Part shown: one piece after another, positions 1 to 15,717 of the stretch
How positions within the stretch are numbered: the first letter of the stretch is position 1
Layout of the letters: each line of letters opens with the position of its first letter
Assembly: GCA_965219345.1 (NCBI GenBank)
Contig: OZ244732.1
Coordinates: 1,376,001-1,440,000 of the forward strand
Source: Nitrosopumilus sp.
GTDB lineage: Archaea > Thermoproteota > Nitrososphaeria > Nitrososphaerales > Nitrosopumilaceae
Length of the DNA stretch: 64,000 bases
Reading direction: 5' to 3'
The notes under the pieces: generated by a model
Told to the model about the DNA's origin: nothing
Databases searched by the model: none
What the model saw: only the letters and a program-made list of their open reading frames with translations
Position numbers and translations under genes: made by a program

Positions 1-62
1 TCTACATTGAAACTATCTGAACCTGAAATTGAAGAACTTTACAATAAATTAAAAATCCAATC

Positions 63-743
63 TCAATAAGGAAATAATCTCTCTCTTGTGTCCATATTGT
101 TTACACTAATTGCTTTTGTCGGACAAGTTTCTGCAGCACTCATTATCTTGTTTATTCCTGCGCCTTTTTGATTGATTACTGATGATTTAGGATTTGATCT
201 ACTTTGTTTGTTTATTTCAAAAACCTCCGGTGCTATAGTTTCACAACTACAACAGCCAATACACAAACTTTTGTCTACATCTGTGAAAAGGTGTGGTTGT
301 TTTTTAGGTTCTCTTGCTTTATCATATTCTCCATTTTTACCATCTGGACGTACATTAGCATTGTATTCTTTCCAGAATTTACTTTCATATTCTTTCCAAA
401 AATCAGGATCTCCTTCTTCAAATTCGCGAGTAAATTTACTCCAATCTTGTTCAGGAGTCTTTCCTTCTCCTGGGGCTCCCCATTGAGGTTTTCTCTTAAA
501 GTTTGTTTTTGTATTTGATTTTCTTTCAGTATATTCTTGATGTATTAAATTATTATTTTGATTGTGATTTTTCTTAAGGTGATTATATGCCTCGGTAATT
601 TTCTTAAATTGTGCATCCCCTTTTTTGTCCTTGTTTTTGTCCGGATGTAACTCTAGTGCAAGCTTTCTATAAGCTGTTTTGATCTCAACTTGGGATGAGC
701 CTTGTTTTACATCCAATAGTTTGAATGCTTGATGTGTATTCAC
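63..743 (-). CDS. DnaJ-domain/ferredoxin fusion protein (DnaJ-Fer)
   Basis: N-terminal J-domain with HPD motif (LELHPDKN); C-terminal CIGCCSC...CP ferredoxin motif. Confidence 0.9.
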   Translation of the reverse strand: MNTHQAFKLLDVKQGSSQVEIKTAYRKLALELHPDKNKDKKGDAQFKKITEAYNHLKKNHNQNNNLIHQEYTERKSNTKTNFKRKPQWGAPGEGKTPEQDWSKFTREFEEGDPDFWKEYESKFWKEYNANVRPDGKNGEYDKAREPKKQPHLFTDVDKSLCIGCCSCETIAPEVFEINKQSRSNPKSSVINQKGAGINKIMSAAETCPTKAISVNNMDTRERLFPY

Positions 744-804
744 TACTTTTAGAGACTCGTCATATGTTAAAAATAATTACCTAAGATTTTGTGCTAAATC
801 TTGT

Positions 805-1167
805 TTATTCTAATAAAATTTCATTATCTGATTTCCACGCGGGTTCAACTATACATAAAAACCTCAAATTAATCGAGCCTGTATTTTCAATAAACTGCTT
901 AGAATTTGGTGGAACATACACAGAATCATCTTTTTCAAGTCGGTATGTATCTTCGTTGATCTTTAGGTTCCCACTTCCTTCTAAAATGTAGTAGATCTCC
1001 GATGAACTCATTTTGTGAAGTTTAGATTTTTTTCCTGGCTCCAATGAGAATTGTGCTATGCTATAATTAATTCCATCTAGTGTATTGTGTGGATGAAAAT
1101 ATTGTTTAATTTTGGTTCCTTCGTCTCCTTGGATGGACTTGATTTCCGAATTCTTTCTTAGCGACAT
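805..1167 (-). CDS. cupin domain protein
   Basis: Cupin motifs (LHK...EIYYILEGSG; VYVPPNSKQ). Confidence 0.85.
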   Translation of the reverse strand: MSLRKNSEIKSIQGDEGTKIKQYFHPHNTLDGINYSIAQFSLEPGKKSKLHKMSSSEIYYILEGSGNLKINEDTYRLEKDDSVYVPPNSKQFIENTGSINLRFLCIVEPAWKSDNEILLE

Positions 1168-1172
1168 ATTAT

Positions 1173-1628
1173 CTAAATGATTTTTGAAACTATTGTTTTA
1201 AAATCTGATTCATACCAGATTGTTTTGTATATTGTATTTTTTCTAGGTAAGATGTTTATTGCGATATGGGAGAATGTCTTTTTCTTGTCAATAGAGCCAT
1301 GAGTGTGAAGGATCTTTGCTGGAATGTGAACAATATCCCCTTCATTGAGAATAAACTTCTCCGTCCTTTTAATCTTGAAATTAGTTTTACTTGAACCATA
1401 TCTTCGAAAAATCTCAAGGCTTCCTTTACCTTTTGTTGCAATTAATACCTGATTTCCATTGTGGGAATGAATTTTTGTTCTAGATCCTTTCTCAAAATGA
1501 ACATGATAGATATCTTGTTCTTTTGATTTTATTTTTTCTGAAAGAACTTTCATCCATGTTTTGTCTGTAAACCAATCTGGGTTTACTTTTCTTTTATCTC
1601 CTGACCCAAAAATATTTGATTTTTTCAT
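1173..1628 (-). CDS. cupin domain protein
   Basis: HSHNGNQVL and GDIVHIPAKILHTHG cupin motifs. Confidence 0.85.
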   Translation of the reverse strand: MKKSNIFGSGDKRKVNPDWFTDKTWMKVLSEKIKSKEQDIYHVHFEKGSRTKIHSHNGNQVLIATKGKGSLEIFRRYGSSKTNFKIKRTEKFILNEGDIVHIPAKILHTHGSIDKKKTFSHIAINILPRKNTIYKTIWYESDFKTIVSKII

Positions 1629-1629
1629 A

Positions 1630-1995
1630 CTATATTCTATCCAAAATTTTCTTTTTCTTTGCTTGAAATTCTTCCTCCGTAATTATTTCAGCCTTTCTTA
1701 ACTTACTCAGTTTTTTCAGCATATCCAAGTCATTTTGAGTATTTGACGTTACACTTTTTGCAGCAGTAATTCCTTCGTTGATTTTTCCAATACCTCTTTT
1801 CTGTAATGCCTTTCTTTCTTTTTTTACTTGATTGCGAAGTTCCTTGCTTCTCTTACCAGCTTGTTTTGTAGTCATTATTCCAAGTTCTACTGCATTATCT
1901 AATACTTCGTCTGCTTTTTTGACTCCTTCTTCTAGTGCCTTGTCTGCTTTTTTTAGTAATTTTTCAATATATCCGCCTTTTTTTGAGATTCCCAT
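1630..1995 (-). CDS. coiled-coil protein with C-terminal SHOCT-like motif
   Basis: C-terminus LKKLSKLRKAEIITEEEFQAKKKKIL fits the SHOCT pattern. Confidence 0.7.
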   Translation of the reverse strand: MGISKKGGYIEKLLKKADKALEEGVKKADEVLDNAVELGIMTTKQAGKRSKELRNQVKKERKALQKRGIGKINEGITAAKSVTSNTQNDLDMLKKLSKLRKAEIITEEEFQAKKKKILDRI

Positions 1996-2076
1996 ACTTT
2001 CTAAATCATCTCAAATCTATTATTTCTTTCTTAGCAGAATTGGTTTAATAGATGGAATCGTATACTTTGTGTAGTT

Positions 2077-2784
2077 TTGGCAAAGACTGCTTATGATGTA
2101 AAGACAATTGTTCTAAGAAAAAGCATTGAAGAAGAAGAGGCATTAGAAATAGCTGAACAAAAGAAAACAAAACCTTTCAAGTCATTACTTTCACGACCAA
2201 AAAAAGAGCAAGTCCATATCTCTTCCCTGAAATTATATTATGAGTGTATATTGATGGTCTCTGGGAAATACATTGCAGATTATTATAGAAAAGCAACTCA
2301 CTCTATTTCTGTTCCTTCAAATGTAAAAGAGATTGTTCTGGGAGATGGTGTGTTTCCTATTCGCTCAAAATCTGGATTTCAAAAGGCATTTGTCGGAAAG
2401 AGAGCAAAAAACAAAATTGACATGAAACTCGAAGAACATGTCTTTGTTGAAGAAGAAGATAAACTAACTTTTGATCATCATGGACGGGAGATAAAATTTC
2501 CTTTTAAAATAAATTCCAAAACTATTGAAAACTATCCAATTAGATTATTAGAAAAAAATCAACTAAATGTTAAAAAACCAGAATTAACATATGATGCAGC
2601 ACTTGACAAGTTACAATCTAAACTAAAAAAACAACTAGAGACTGATGTGAGAAATTTATCTGAAGAATTTGTACTTCGTGAAATTACTGAACTATATGCT
2701 CCAATTTTTGAGGTAAGACTGATTGGTCCCAAAAAGAAAGTAGGCATTATTCGTATTGATGCTGTAAGGAAAAAGATTCTATAG
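2077..2784 (+). CDS. hypothetical protein
   Basis: 235-aa ORF, host-like composition, divergent from upstream operon. Confidence 0.75.
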   Translation: MAKTAYDVKTIVLRKSIEEEEALEIAEQKKTKPFKSLLSRPKKEQVHISSLKLYYECILMVSGKYIADYYRKATHSISVPSNVKEIVLGDGVFPIRSKSGFQKAFVGKRAKNKIDMKLEEHVFVEEEDKLTFDHHGREIKFPFKINSKTIENYPIRLLEKNQLNVKKPELTYDAALDKLQSKLKKQLETDVRNLSEEFVLREITELYAPIFEVRLIGPKKKVGIIRIDAVRKKIL

Positions 2785-3600
2785 TTTTACTAGTTTTCTA
2801 AATTGATCATTTTCATGTAATTTCTCAAAGATTTTTTCTTCTTTTGCCCATCCACGAATTACTTTGGGGTTTTTAGAAACTGCCTGTTTTAACAATTCTA
2901 ATGATTCTGGATACATTCCTAATGCTGCTTTACTTCTTGATTTTGCATAAATGACATTTACATTGTCTTTGAATTTTGAAAGAATTTCGTCAAACACTTT
3001 GAGTGCTTTTTCATGTTGTCCTAATTCTGCTAATTGAATACCTTTTTGAAAAAATGCATCCTGATTGTTAGGATATTTTTTGCAAATATTTTGAAAGCAG
3101 TTTAAAGCTTCTTCATGTTTTTTCATTTTACCTAGTACAATTCCTTTGTAGACCAATGCGTTCACTTTTCTTGGTTCAATTGAAATTGCTTTGTCTAAAA
3201 CTTGTAAAGCTTCTTCATGTTCCTGTAATTTATCAAGTAATACTCCTTTGTTAAAATAAGATGCAGCAAATTTTGGATCTGCTTCTATTGCTTTATCATA
3301 ACATTCCGATGCATCTTGGACATTTCCCATTTCTGCCATTGCAATTCCTTTGTTGTTAAATGCTTGAGCATCTTTTGGATTAATCTCCAATAATTTATCA
3401 AAACAGGTTACTGCATCACTGTATTTTTTTCTCTGATTTAGAGCCAAACCTTTGTTAAATAACGCTGAAGTATTTTCTGAATCTTGTTTTAGAACTTTAT
3501 TGAAAAGTGAGATGGCAGCTTTTAGCTGATTCTTTTCTATCATAGACATTGCATGATACATCAAGTCTTCTGGGTTTTCCTTAGATCCAAACAGTCCCAT
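2779..3600 (-). CDS. tetratricopeptide repeat protein
   Basis: Multiple 34-aa TPR units (FNKGLAL...A..CFDK). Confidence 0.9.
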   Translation of the reverse strand: MGLFGSKENPEDLMYHAMSMIEKNQLKAAISLFNKVLKQDSENTSALFNKGLALNQRKKYSDAVTCFDKLLEINPKDAQAFNNKGIAMAEMGNVQDASECYDKAIEADPKFAASYFNKGVLLDKLQEHEEALQVLDKAISIEPRKVNALVYKGIVLGKMKKHEEALNCFQNICKKYPNNQDAFFQKGIQLAELGQHEKALKVFDEILSKFKDNVNVIYAKSRSKAALGMYPESLELLKQAVSKNPKVIRGWAKEEKIFEKLHENDQFRKLVKL

Positions 3601-3637
3601 AATTTCTACAAAATAATACTGCTAATGAAAGTTTGGC

Positions 3638-3757
3638 TTATCCTAGTGACTTGAATTTCTTGATTGCTTCTTTTGCCATGTCTTCTTGTTCTTTTGCTGA
3701 AGTATCTGTAGGATCATCTGTTGCATATGCCTCTTTTCTCTCTTTTTTCTTTTCCAT
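3638..3757 (-). CDS. small charged protein (39 aa), not in ORF track
   Basis: ATG 3757 to TAA 3638: MEKKKERKEAYATDDPTDTSAKEQEDMAKEAIKKFKSLG; fills the intergenic gap; AT-rich TATA-like sequence upstream. Confidence 0.55.
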   Translation of the reverse strand: MEKKKERKEAYATDDPTDTSAKEQEDMAKEAIKKFKSLG

Positions 3758-3842
3758 GCTTTACTAGATTAGGTTATTTTATAAAAATTGAATCTCAATA
3801 TTCAAAGATACGCTTAATTTGAATTAGAATTGAGTTTGATCA

Positions 3843-4208
3843 TTGCCAGATTCTGAAATTAAATATTTGTCTGATAAGATTCATGTGCATAAATGGCCTC
3901 AAGATTCCCAAATTTGGGATGATTTCACACAAAAACAGATTAATGATTCTATTAATGAAAATCCAAAAAAGAAACAAGTTACAATCAAAGAAAAAATTAT
4001 TCAAATTGAAAATTTTGAATTTAATTCTATTAACACAATTGGAATTTCAGTGCCTTTTTTCAAAGAAGAATGTACAATGATCTTTGAAGCCCAATTTGGA
4101 GAACTTTCTGCCCATGTTCATATCACCATAAAATCTAAAAATTATGTGGATATCTTTAACCAACTAATCATTTGGAGAGATAGTTTTTTTCCAAATACTG
4201 ATCTCTAA
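3843..4208 (+). CDS. hypothetical protein
   Basis: 121-aa ORF. Confidence 0.65.
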   Translation: MPDSEIKYLSDKIHVHKWPQDSQIWDDFTQKQINDSINENPKKKQVTIKEKIIQIENFEFNSINTIGISVPFFKEECTMIFEAQFGELSAHVHITIKSKNYVDIFNQLIIWRDSFFPNTDL

Positions 4209-5494
4209 AAATTCTCAGATGCTAAAATCATCTTCTTGATATCTTCTTTAGTGTGTGAATTAGATATTGCGCCTAATTTACCCGGTAAAAAGAAGATTCC
4301 ATCATGAGCAATCATCTTGAAATGATATTTTGCAAGCATCGCAGAATCACATTTTGCAGCTTGTACTGCATTTGTAACTTCTGTAATGTTTCCTTTTAGA
4401 AAGTGGGTCATAAACAACGAGCCTTTTCCAGTGACTACAACTTTACCATCAAATGCTTTTCTTATCTCTTTTCTGGTAAATTCTCCAAGTGAGTTAATTT
4501 TTGAATAAACCGATTTTTTTGATTTTAGATAACCCAGTGTTGCATATCCTGAGGTCATTGATGCAGGATTGGCAGAAAATGTTCCCCCTCCTACATAGGA
4601 GCGTTCTGATTTTTTCTTCCCAGATGTGTCCGCATATTCCATAATCTCTTTTTTACCACACATTACACCAATTGCCATTCCCCCTCCTACAATTTTTCCC
4701 AGAGTTACAATGTCAGGATCAAGATTCATAGTTGGATAGAGACATCCATATCTGAATCTGAAACCTGTGACAATCTCATCTAAAATAAACAGAGATTTAT
4801 TTTTGTGAACAAATTCCTGAATTCCTTTGAGATATTCCTTGGATGCTGGAATGCATCCACCTCCGCCTAATACGGGCTCAATAATTACACCTGCTAAGTT
4901 CTTTGAATGTTTTTTTAAAATCTTCAAAGAGCCCTCCAAATCATTGTAAGGAATTGAGATAATTTTCTCTTCATTAATTATCCCGCTGCTTTCTGGTTCT
5001 GTAAATGGCCAGTTTACACTCTTTAGTAAATCTGATGTATATCCATGCCAACCTCCATCAATTTTTGCAATTACTTTTTGACCTGTAACAGAACGTGCCA
5101 ATCTTACTGCATACATTGTGGCTTCAGTTCCTGATGTTACATAGCGAATCTTTTCTGCAACTGGAACTGCCTTTGAAATCAACTCTGATAGTTTTATTGT
5201 TTGATCATTTACAGTTCCATACATCCAGCTTTTTTCAATTTGCTTTTTCAAAGGTTCTTTGACATTTTTTGGACCATGCCCTAATATCAAACTCCAATGC
5301 CCCATCCAATAATCAGCATACTTGTTGTTGTCTACATCAACGAGATTCTTTCCTGTAGATGATTTTACAACAAATGGATATGGTTCATAAAATCTTATGT
5401 TATGACTTACTCCATGTACATGAAGTTTTGAAGATTTTGCAAATATCTTTGCAGATGTTTTAGTTTTCTTTTTGTATTCTGAAATGTAATCCAA
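4205..5494 (-). CDS. hemL: glutamate-1-semialdehyde 2,1-aminomutase (class III aminotransferase)
   Basis: [25 protein letters not shown] (PLP lysine) and GTFSANP motifs. Confidence 0.85.
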   Translation of the reverse strand: MDYISEYKKKTKTSAKIFAKSSKLHVHGVSHNIRFYEPYPFVVKSSTGKNLVDVDNNKYADYWMGHWSLILGHGPKNVKEPLKKQIEKSWMYGTVNDQTIKLSELISKAVPVAEKIRYVTSGTEATMYAVRLARSVTGQKVIAKIDGGWHGYTSDLLKSVNWPFTEPESSGIINEEKIISIPYNDLEGSLKILKKHSKNLAGVIIEPVLGGGGCIPASKEYLKGIQEFVHKNKSLFILDEIVTGFRFRYGCLYPTMNLDPDIVTLGKIVGGGMAIGVMCGKKEIMEYADTSGKKKSERSYVGGGTFSANPASMTSGYATLGYLKSKKSVYSKINSLGEFTRKEIRKAFDGKVVVTGKGSLFMTHFLKGNITEVTNAVQAAKCDSAMLAKYHFKMIAHDGIFFLPGKLGAISNSHTKEDIKKMILASENF

Positions 5495-5706
5495 AAGTAA
5501 TTTTCAAAACAAAATCTACAATTTTAACTATCGATCAGGCATAATTTCACGCATGGTTTATATGGTTTCTGCATTCTTCACCTTCTGCATACGTAACGCA
5601 TTAGGCGGCGCTTGTGATGAAGTATGGTATTATGCCATTTTATGATTCATGGGCCTCCAGTTACGCATACAAAATGAGGATTTGATCAAAAGATCAATAT
5701 CTGAAA

Positions 5707-5735
5707 TGTGAAGATTATGTGCATCCGTCAATTCC
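5707..5735 (+). other. 5' strand of pre-16S rRNA processing stem
   Basis: tgtgaagatta-t-gtgcatccgt...ttcc is complementary to 7263-7292 (ggaa...acggatgcac-taatcttcaca). Confidence 0.8.
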
Positions 5736-5784
5736 AATATAGTACAAAATGTACTTCAATAAAAAAAATAATCAAGTAAATCAG

Positions 5785-7256
<1,472 letters not shown>

Positions 7257-7262
7257 AGACAA

Positions 7263-7292
7263 GGAAAGTGTACGGATGCACTAATCTTCACA
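7263..7292 (+). other. 3' strand of pre-16S processing stem in a ~150-nt tRNA-less spacer
   Basis: Complementary to 5707-5735; no cloverleaf visible in the spacer. Confidence 0.8.
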
Positions 7293-7402
7293 AAAATCAT
7301 CGATGCAATGCATCACGAAAGTGTTGTATGAAGGATGTAGCAGGTCTCTGCCAGGAGATTTGCAATGATCATCGTGCATAGTCGTGTAATATGTGGCTGA
7401 AT

Positions 7403-10390
<2,988 letters not shown>

Positions 10391-10411
10391 CAGCCACTTA
10401 CATAGAGACTT

Positions 10412-10500
10412 TGACCCCGTTTTAGGCCAATATATTGTCTAAAATAGGGGTCATGCACGATGATCACATATTACACGACTTTATTTTATTTTAAAAAAAA
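10412..10500 (+). terminator. rRNA trailer hairpin, processing-stem strand and T-rich terminator
   Basis: tgacccc...ggggtca hairpin, then segments complementary to the spacer, then ttattttatttt. Confidence 0.55.
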
Positions 10501-11188
10501 TCATCATAGATTTTAAATAATTTATAAGAATTAACTACAAAGATTGTATTTATAAGACATTTTTTTGTACTTTTAGTGTTTTTTGCATTATTAAGAAATT
10601 GTTATGATCATATTACAATTTTTGTTAATTTTTCTTTTAAATGTGATTTCTTATTAAAATTATAACCTATGCCATTTACTATACAAAATTCTGGTAATTC
10701 AGTCAATATTTTATGATCAGGATAATCCCCTTTATCGGATGAGCCACACTAAATTCAGATAGATGTTTTTAGTAATTGGGATCGTACTGTTAGGTATGAT
10801 AATATTCTCAACAATATTTACAATTTCATACTTATTTAATTATCAATACACAATCATATGCTAAAATTAGTATATAGAAATTATAGTAGTTTTTAATGAA
10901 TTTTTGTCAAGATTAGTGTGTTAAAACAAGCCCCAATAAAAGCAGATAAGGGGGGAGGGGGAGGGGACAACCCTGCAATGACACCTGCTAGGAAAAAATT
11001 TGATGAATAAGTACAGTCTTTATCCCAGACGAATCTATGTAGTTTATCATCAAGTTTTAAATTAACCAAAGTCATAACCACCCATTAGCATCTGTGAATT
11101 TATTACATTTATAAATTTGACAATTATCAAACAAGTCACGCTCTAGTATGATCACATACACATTTTGTAGTTTTTTGGGTCATAAAAT

Positions 11189-11969
11189 CTAACGAAGATT
11201 AATGCTTATTTCATTAGAGTATAGCTTTTGTTTACCTAATCGCTCAAAGACTTTGTATGATACAGTATCCCAATCAGATTCTATATCGTCTAAAGTTTCA
11301 GTATCAAATCTAGGCGTAAGGTTGGTCAATACATAGTCCCCATCATTGACTGACCTCTCTACACGATACCTATTCTCACCAATATTGTCTGAATCAGTCC
11401 ACGATAAAGTAACTGTACTATCATCATACACTGCACTAAGATCAATTAGGGAATTATACGGTAAAGAGTCATCAGGTATTACATAGGAATAATCATAGAC
11501 GACATCAAATGGAACGCCAACTTGTGCAGTAGATGGGTATGCTATAGTATATTTTGGCCAGAAATCTATAATTCCAAGCTCACCTGTAGTAAATCCAGAT
11601 TGTATATCATTGTTTGAGAAAGTAATGTCACCAGTTGGGATATTTTTTAGTGTATCCATATTCTGTTCTTCATCAATAATGTTTGATTCAGTGTTTACAG
11701 TGTTTGTTTCTAATTCTGCAACACTTACAACATCAACTTTAACAAATCCTTTATTCTCTAATCTCTCAACTGAATTCTCATTAACACAAGCTGGAGTCCC
11801 TCTGTTTGTCTCTATTAGTATCTTAGTCTCTGCATTGAATTTCCTGTAATGGTGTACCGTTTTGGAATTGCTTGTGCGGTGATAAGATAGTCTCTGTTTC
11901 TGCAAATGCAGGTATTGTGAATAATCCGATTGCTAGAATTACTAATCCTAACATTGTTTTACAAATCAT
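11189..11969 (-). pseudogene. secreted protein (SPHKQ Cys module + WP..IPD domain start + FN3-like end), frameshifted
   Basis: 5' end nearly identical to the gene starting at 14352 but with a 2-nt deletion near 11825 (cttagtctc vs cttagagtctc), which disconnects ATG 11969 from the ORF. Confidence 0.75.
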
Positions 11970-12602
11970 TAAAGTTTACAGAAAATGTATAATTATTAAG
12001 CATAGATCAGGATATTGATTTTTAGCGATCAGGATTAGCTGTCTAATTTTATTAAAATATGTGTAAAAGCGATAGTTTAGCACATATTCATAATATTAGA
12101 ATCATAATATCAAACATCAAGAAAACCCCAACCTCGCATGATTAATTTATCAGCAGAAGTTGGCTTTACACAAACTGTTTTACTTTTATCAGATTTCATA
12201 AGAGATACAAAATTAGATTTACAAGATGAATTTTCAACGTTAATTTTAGATATTGTTTTTTGATCTTCAAATTCCAACAGAGGTATAGTTAGATTATAAT
12301 CATGATTAAATGCAGTATCACCACTAATCGGAGAAGCAACCTCAAATTTTGAATATTGCGTATTTGCAGATAAAGTAAATTCAAAAGTCTGATAGTTTGA
12401 ATACTGATGAGTTACTAGCTCATCAATACTTTGATAAAGTTCCCAGCCATCTAACAATATAAAAAAATCTTGTGTATTTTCTTTGGTTACTAATGGTAAT
12501 ACAGTATAGGGAACATCAATAGTGAAAACAGTGTCAGAAGTAACATTTTGTGTTTCTATTAAAAATTCAGAAATATTAAAATTACAAAATCTTTTAATTT
12601 CA
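11757..12602. repeat. ~850-bp direct repeat, copy 1 (copy 2 at 14138-14998)
   Basis: Near-identical sequence by direct comparison. Confidence 0.9.
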
Positions 12603-13222
12603 CCACTGCCAAGTGTATAATTTAACATTATTTCTCTTCCTAAACATCTTGTATCATAAATCTCATTCAAAGTTGGAAGGTGAATTTCTGCACTTTTTTG
12701 ACCTGATTCAACTAAGCCAATACACCAATTAGGTTCTGAATAATCCACATCATCAATAATTGCAAAAGTGCCAAAATATTCTATATACGTTATTGGTTCT
12801 AACCAAGTAAATTCTAAAGTTCTTGATTCATCTGTTTGAGAAATTTGTGTAACTGATGCTAGTGATTTAAACGAATCAATATTTGTAGTCAAGCTCCTAA
12901 TATTACTACAAGATTCATAGTCAAAATGCTTTAGATCAATGTTGTTTTTTGGAATAGTTATTGTAAGGCTTCCCGATTCTTGTGCGTCAAGATAAATTTT
13001 GTACCATAGATAGTTAGGTTCTGCACAAAACTGTAAAAATTCTCCATTTGTAATTGAATGTTCTAAAGGGGTAATTATTTTATATTGATATTGATCTGAT
13101 AAGGAATACTCCTCTTCACATTCTAATTCTGCATAAATCTCAGGTATTTGTTGAGCATAAATTTCATCTGTTACGACAGAGAGGAAAAACACAAAAAGTA
13201 AAGAAAATAATATAATTTTCAT
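12110..13222 (-). CDS. secreted/surface protein with C-terminal C..CVKPTSADKLIMRGW module
   Basis: Signal peptide MKIILFSLLFVFFLSV...IYA; two internally similar Cys-containing domains. Confidence 0.75.
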   Translation of the reverse strand: MKIILFSLLFVFFLSVVTDEIYAQQIPEIYAELECEEEYSLSDQYQYKIITPLEHSITNGEFLQFCAEPNYLWYKIYLDAQESGSLTITIPKNNIDLKHFDYESCSNIRSLTTNIDSFKSLASVTQISQTDESRTLEFTWLEPITYIEYFGTFAIIDDVDYSEPNWCIGLVESGQKSAEIHLPTLNEIYDTRCLGREIMLNYTLGSGEIKRFCNFNISEFLIETQNVTSDTVFTIDVPYTVLPLVTKENTQDFFILLDGWELYQSIDELVTHQYSNYQTFEFTLSANTQYSKFEVASPISGDTAFNHDYNLTIPLLEFEDQKTISKINVENSSCKSNFVSLMKSDKSKTVCVKPTSADKLIMRGWGFLDV

Positions 13223-14352
13223 TTAGAACAACACCATGCTCTTAGCAAATAATGATTCTCCTGAAAGCCCATCAATAATCGTATAGTATGAGTGATGATG
13301 ACCATCCCATATTGCAACTTGGCATGTGCCAGAATAAATTTGATATACTGGATATCCGTTTAATATTAAAACAGAATCATATCTATCTTCTAATCCTTTT
13401 TTATATTTTACATCACAATCTTTGCCTGTAAGTTCATCAATTGAAGAAATATATTTTATAGCATTTTCTCTTGATTTATTAAAATCATACAAGTCAAGAT
13501 CTGAAATATCAGTATTCCAGTTACCAATGTGGAAAAATGTGTATCCTGCATCAAAAGTTGTTTTAATCTGATTTGTTTTTATTATGAAATATCTTTTAGT
13601 TGTGCTATCCAATAAGTGTATGATGATGTTTGTGCAGGTTCATGCTGAAACAGTTCAGTGCCATCAAGTACAATTCCTAAATTGTTTAATAAATTCAAAG
13701 TTACTTCTTCTGCCTTGTCAGGATGTATTCTGTCTTTTCCAAAGAAAGTGTATTTGATTGGAAAATCATAAGTATAGTTATCATATATTTTAATTGAACC
13801 TCTTTGCGTATCATATCTTATGCCATTAGGAAGAACTATTTTTTCCATTATCTCGTCATTATGTAGAGTTGCAAGATTTTGCGCAAAGTCATCTGAATTA
13901 TCTGTGGTAATTTTTAATATATAATCAAGTTCGAAATCATGTGGGATCAAGTCATCAATGTCAGAAGGGTTGAGGACTGGCTTTGTTTCTTCTTGTTGTG
14001 TTTGTAATGGGTCAGGTTCTTCAAATGGTTTTCGTTGTAGTTTATCAGGTTGTATAGTTTCTTGGGTTGTAGTAGATTCTAAAGTTTCTTTGACTTTAAT
14101 AGGTTCTACAAATACAACTTTTTCAAATCCTATACCTTCTAATCTCTCAACTGAATTCTCATTAACACAAGCTGGAGTTCCTCTGTTTGTCTCCATTAAT
14201 ACCTTAGAGTCTCTGCATTGAATTTCCTGTAATGGTGTACCGTTTTGGAATTGCTTGTGCGGTGATAAGATAGTCTCTGTTTCTGCAAATGCAGGTATTG
14301 TGAATAATCCGATTGCTAGAATTACTAATCCTAACATTGTTTTACCAATCAT
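13223..14352 (-). pseudogene. secreted protein with N-terminal SPHKQ Cys module, probably split by a frameshift near 13590
   Basis: ORFs 13582-14352 and 13223-13612 overlap on the same strand and read as one protein (...YWIAQLKD / FIIKTNQ...). Confidence 0.6.
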
Positions 14353-14998
14353 TAAAGTTTACAGAAAATGTATAATTATTAAGCATAGTTCAGGATATTG
14401 ATTTTTAGCAATCAGGATTAGCTGTCTAATTTTATTAAAATATGTGTAAAAGCGATAGTTTAGCACATATTCATAATATTAGAATCATAATATTAGAATC
14501 ATAATATCAAATATCAAGAAAACCCCAACCTCGCATGATTAATTTATCAGCAGAAGTTGGCTTTACACAAACTGTTTTACTTTTATCAGATCTCATAAGA
14601 GATACAAAATTAGATTTACAAGATGAACCTTCAACGTTAATTTTAGATATTGTTTTTTGATCTTCAAATTCCAACAGAGGTATAGTTAGATTATAATCAT
14701 GATTAAAAGCAGTATCACCTCCAACCGTATAAGCAACCACAAATTTTGAATATTGCGTATTTGCAGATAAATTAAATTCAAAAGTCTGATAGTTTGAATA
14801 TTGATGAGTTACTAGATCATCAATATTTTGATAAATTTCCAAGCCATTTAACAATATAAGAAAATCTTGTGTATTTTCTTTGGCTACTAAAGGTAATACA
14901 GTATAGGGAATATAATAGTGAAAACAGTGTCAGAAGTAACATTTTGTGTTTCTATTAAAAGTTCAGCTATCCTAAAACTACAGAATCTTTTAATTTCA
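14138..14998. repeat. ~850-bp direct repeat, copy 2, with extra 14-bp tandem duplication (tattagaatcataa)
   Basis: Matches 11757-12602. Confidence 0.9.
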
Positions 14999-15032
14999 TC
15001 GTGTCTTTTGGAATAGTTATTGTAAGGCTTCC
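14507..15032 (-). pseudogene. truncated, internally deleted paralog of 12110-13222
   Basis: 3' part near-identical; 1-nt deletion near 14912; 15006-15032 equals 12947-12973, showing an internal deletion; 5' end missing. Confidence 0.8.
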
Positions 15033-15444
15033 AGACTATCCATTCCATTTCCAACAGGTGCTTTGTCTACTTCTGCTATTCTAAGATTAATTTGTAAAAT
15101 GTTTTCTTTAACCGAGTCTGATTCTTTTTTATCTTTCAAAATTTTGTCTAGTTTGTTGACAGCATTTTGATCTGCATTCAGGACTTTTTTCCCGGTTTAA
15201 AGTTTAATGTTGATTCATCTTTCCAAAATTTTGCATCTAGAGTTTTTTCAATCTGTTTAATTGTAGATTCAATGTTCTTTTTTGTTTTTTTATTAATATC
15301 TGGATTATTTTTTATGATTTCTAAATCTTCTAAAATATTTTCTTTTTCTAGCATTGGAGTCAAAGCAAAAATTTCTTGTGAATTAATTGAATATCCAAAT
15401 GTCAACAGTAGAATTGACATAAGAACTGCGGTATACTTTTTCAT
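15033..15444 (-). pseudogene. secreted helical protein, frameshifted and truncated
   Basis: Signal peptide ORF 15178-15444; coding-like continuation in another frame (KVLNADQNAVNKLDKILKDK...) ends at the junction with the previous pseudogene. Confidence 0.55.
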
Positions 15445-15557
15445 TTACTTACTTTACTTGTAATATGATTCATTCTTTAATCATTGTAATTAGAAAATAT
15501 TACAATCTCTTTATGATTTCCCATTTTTGGAAAAATGGCTGTGACATGAATTCCACA

Positions 15558-15701
15558 TTACTGTTCTTCAAACTCTATGTCATTTTGCAGTTCATCTGGT
15601 AGTCCTATCCACCACTGTTTGTTATTGTCAGACATTCTATCCAAAAAAGATCGAATGTTGCTAATAGATCTGTTGGTTAAATCTTCAAAGTAAATGTTCA
15701 A
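15558..15701 (-). CDS. small hypothetical protein (~47 aa)
   Basis: 3' part of ORF 15558-15752; TTG start chosen to avoid overlap with the RDD gene. Confidence 0.45.
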   Translation of the reverse strand: MNIYFEDLTNRSISNIRSFLDRMSDNNKQWWIGLPDELQNDIEFEEQ

Positions 15702-15717
15702 CAAAATGTGACAAAAT

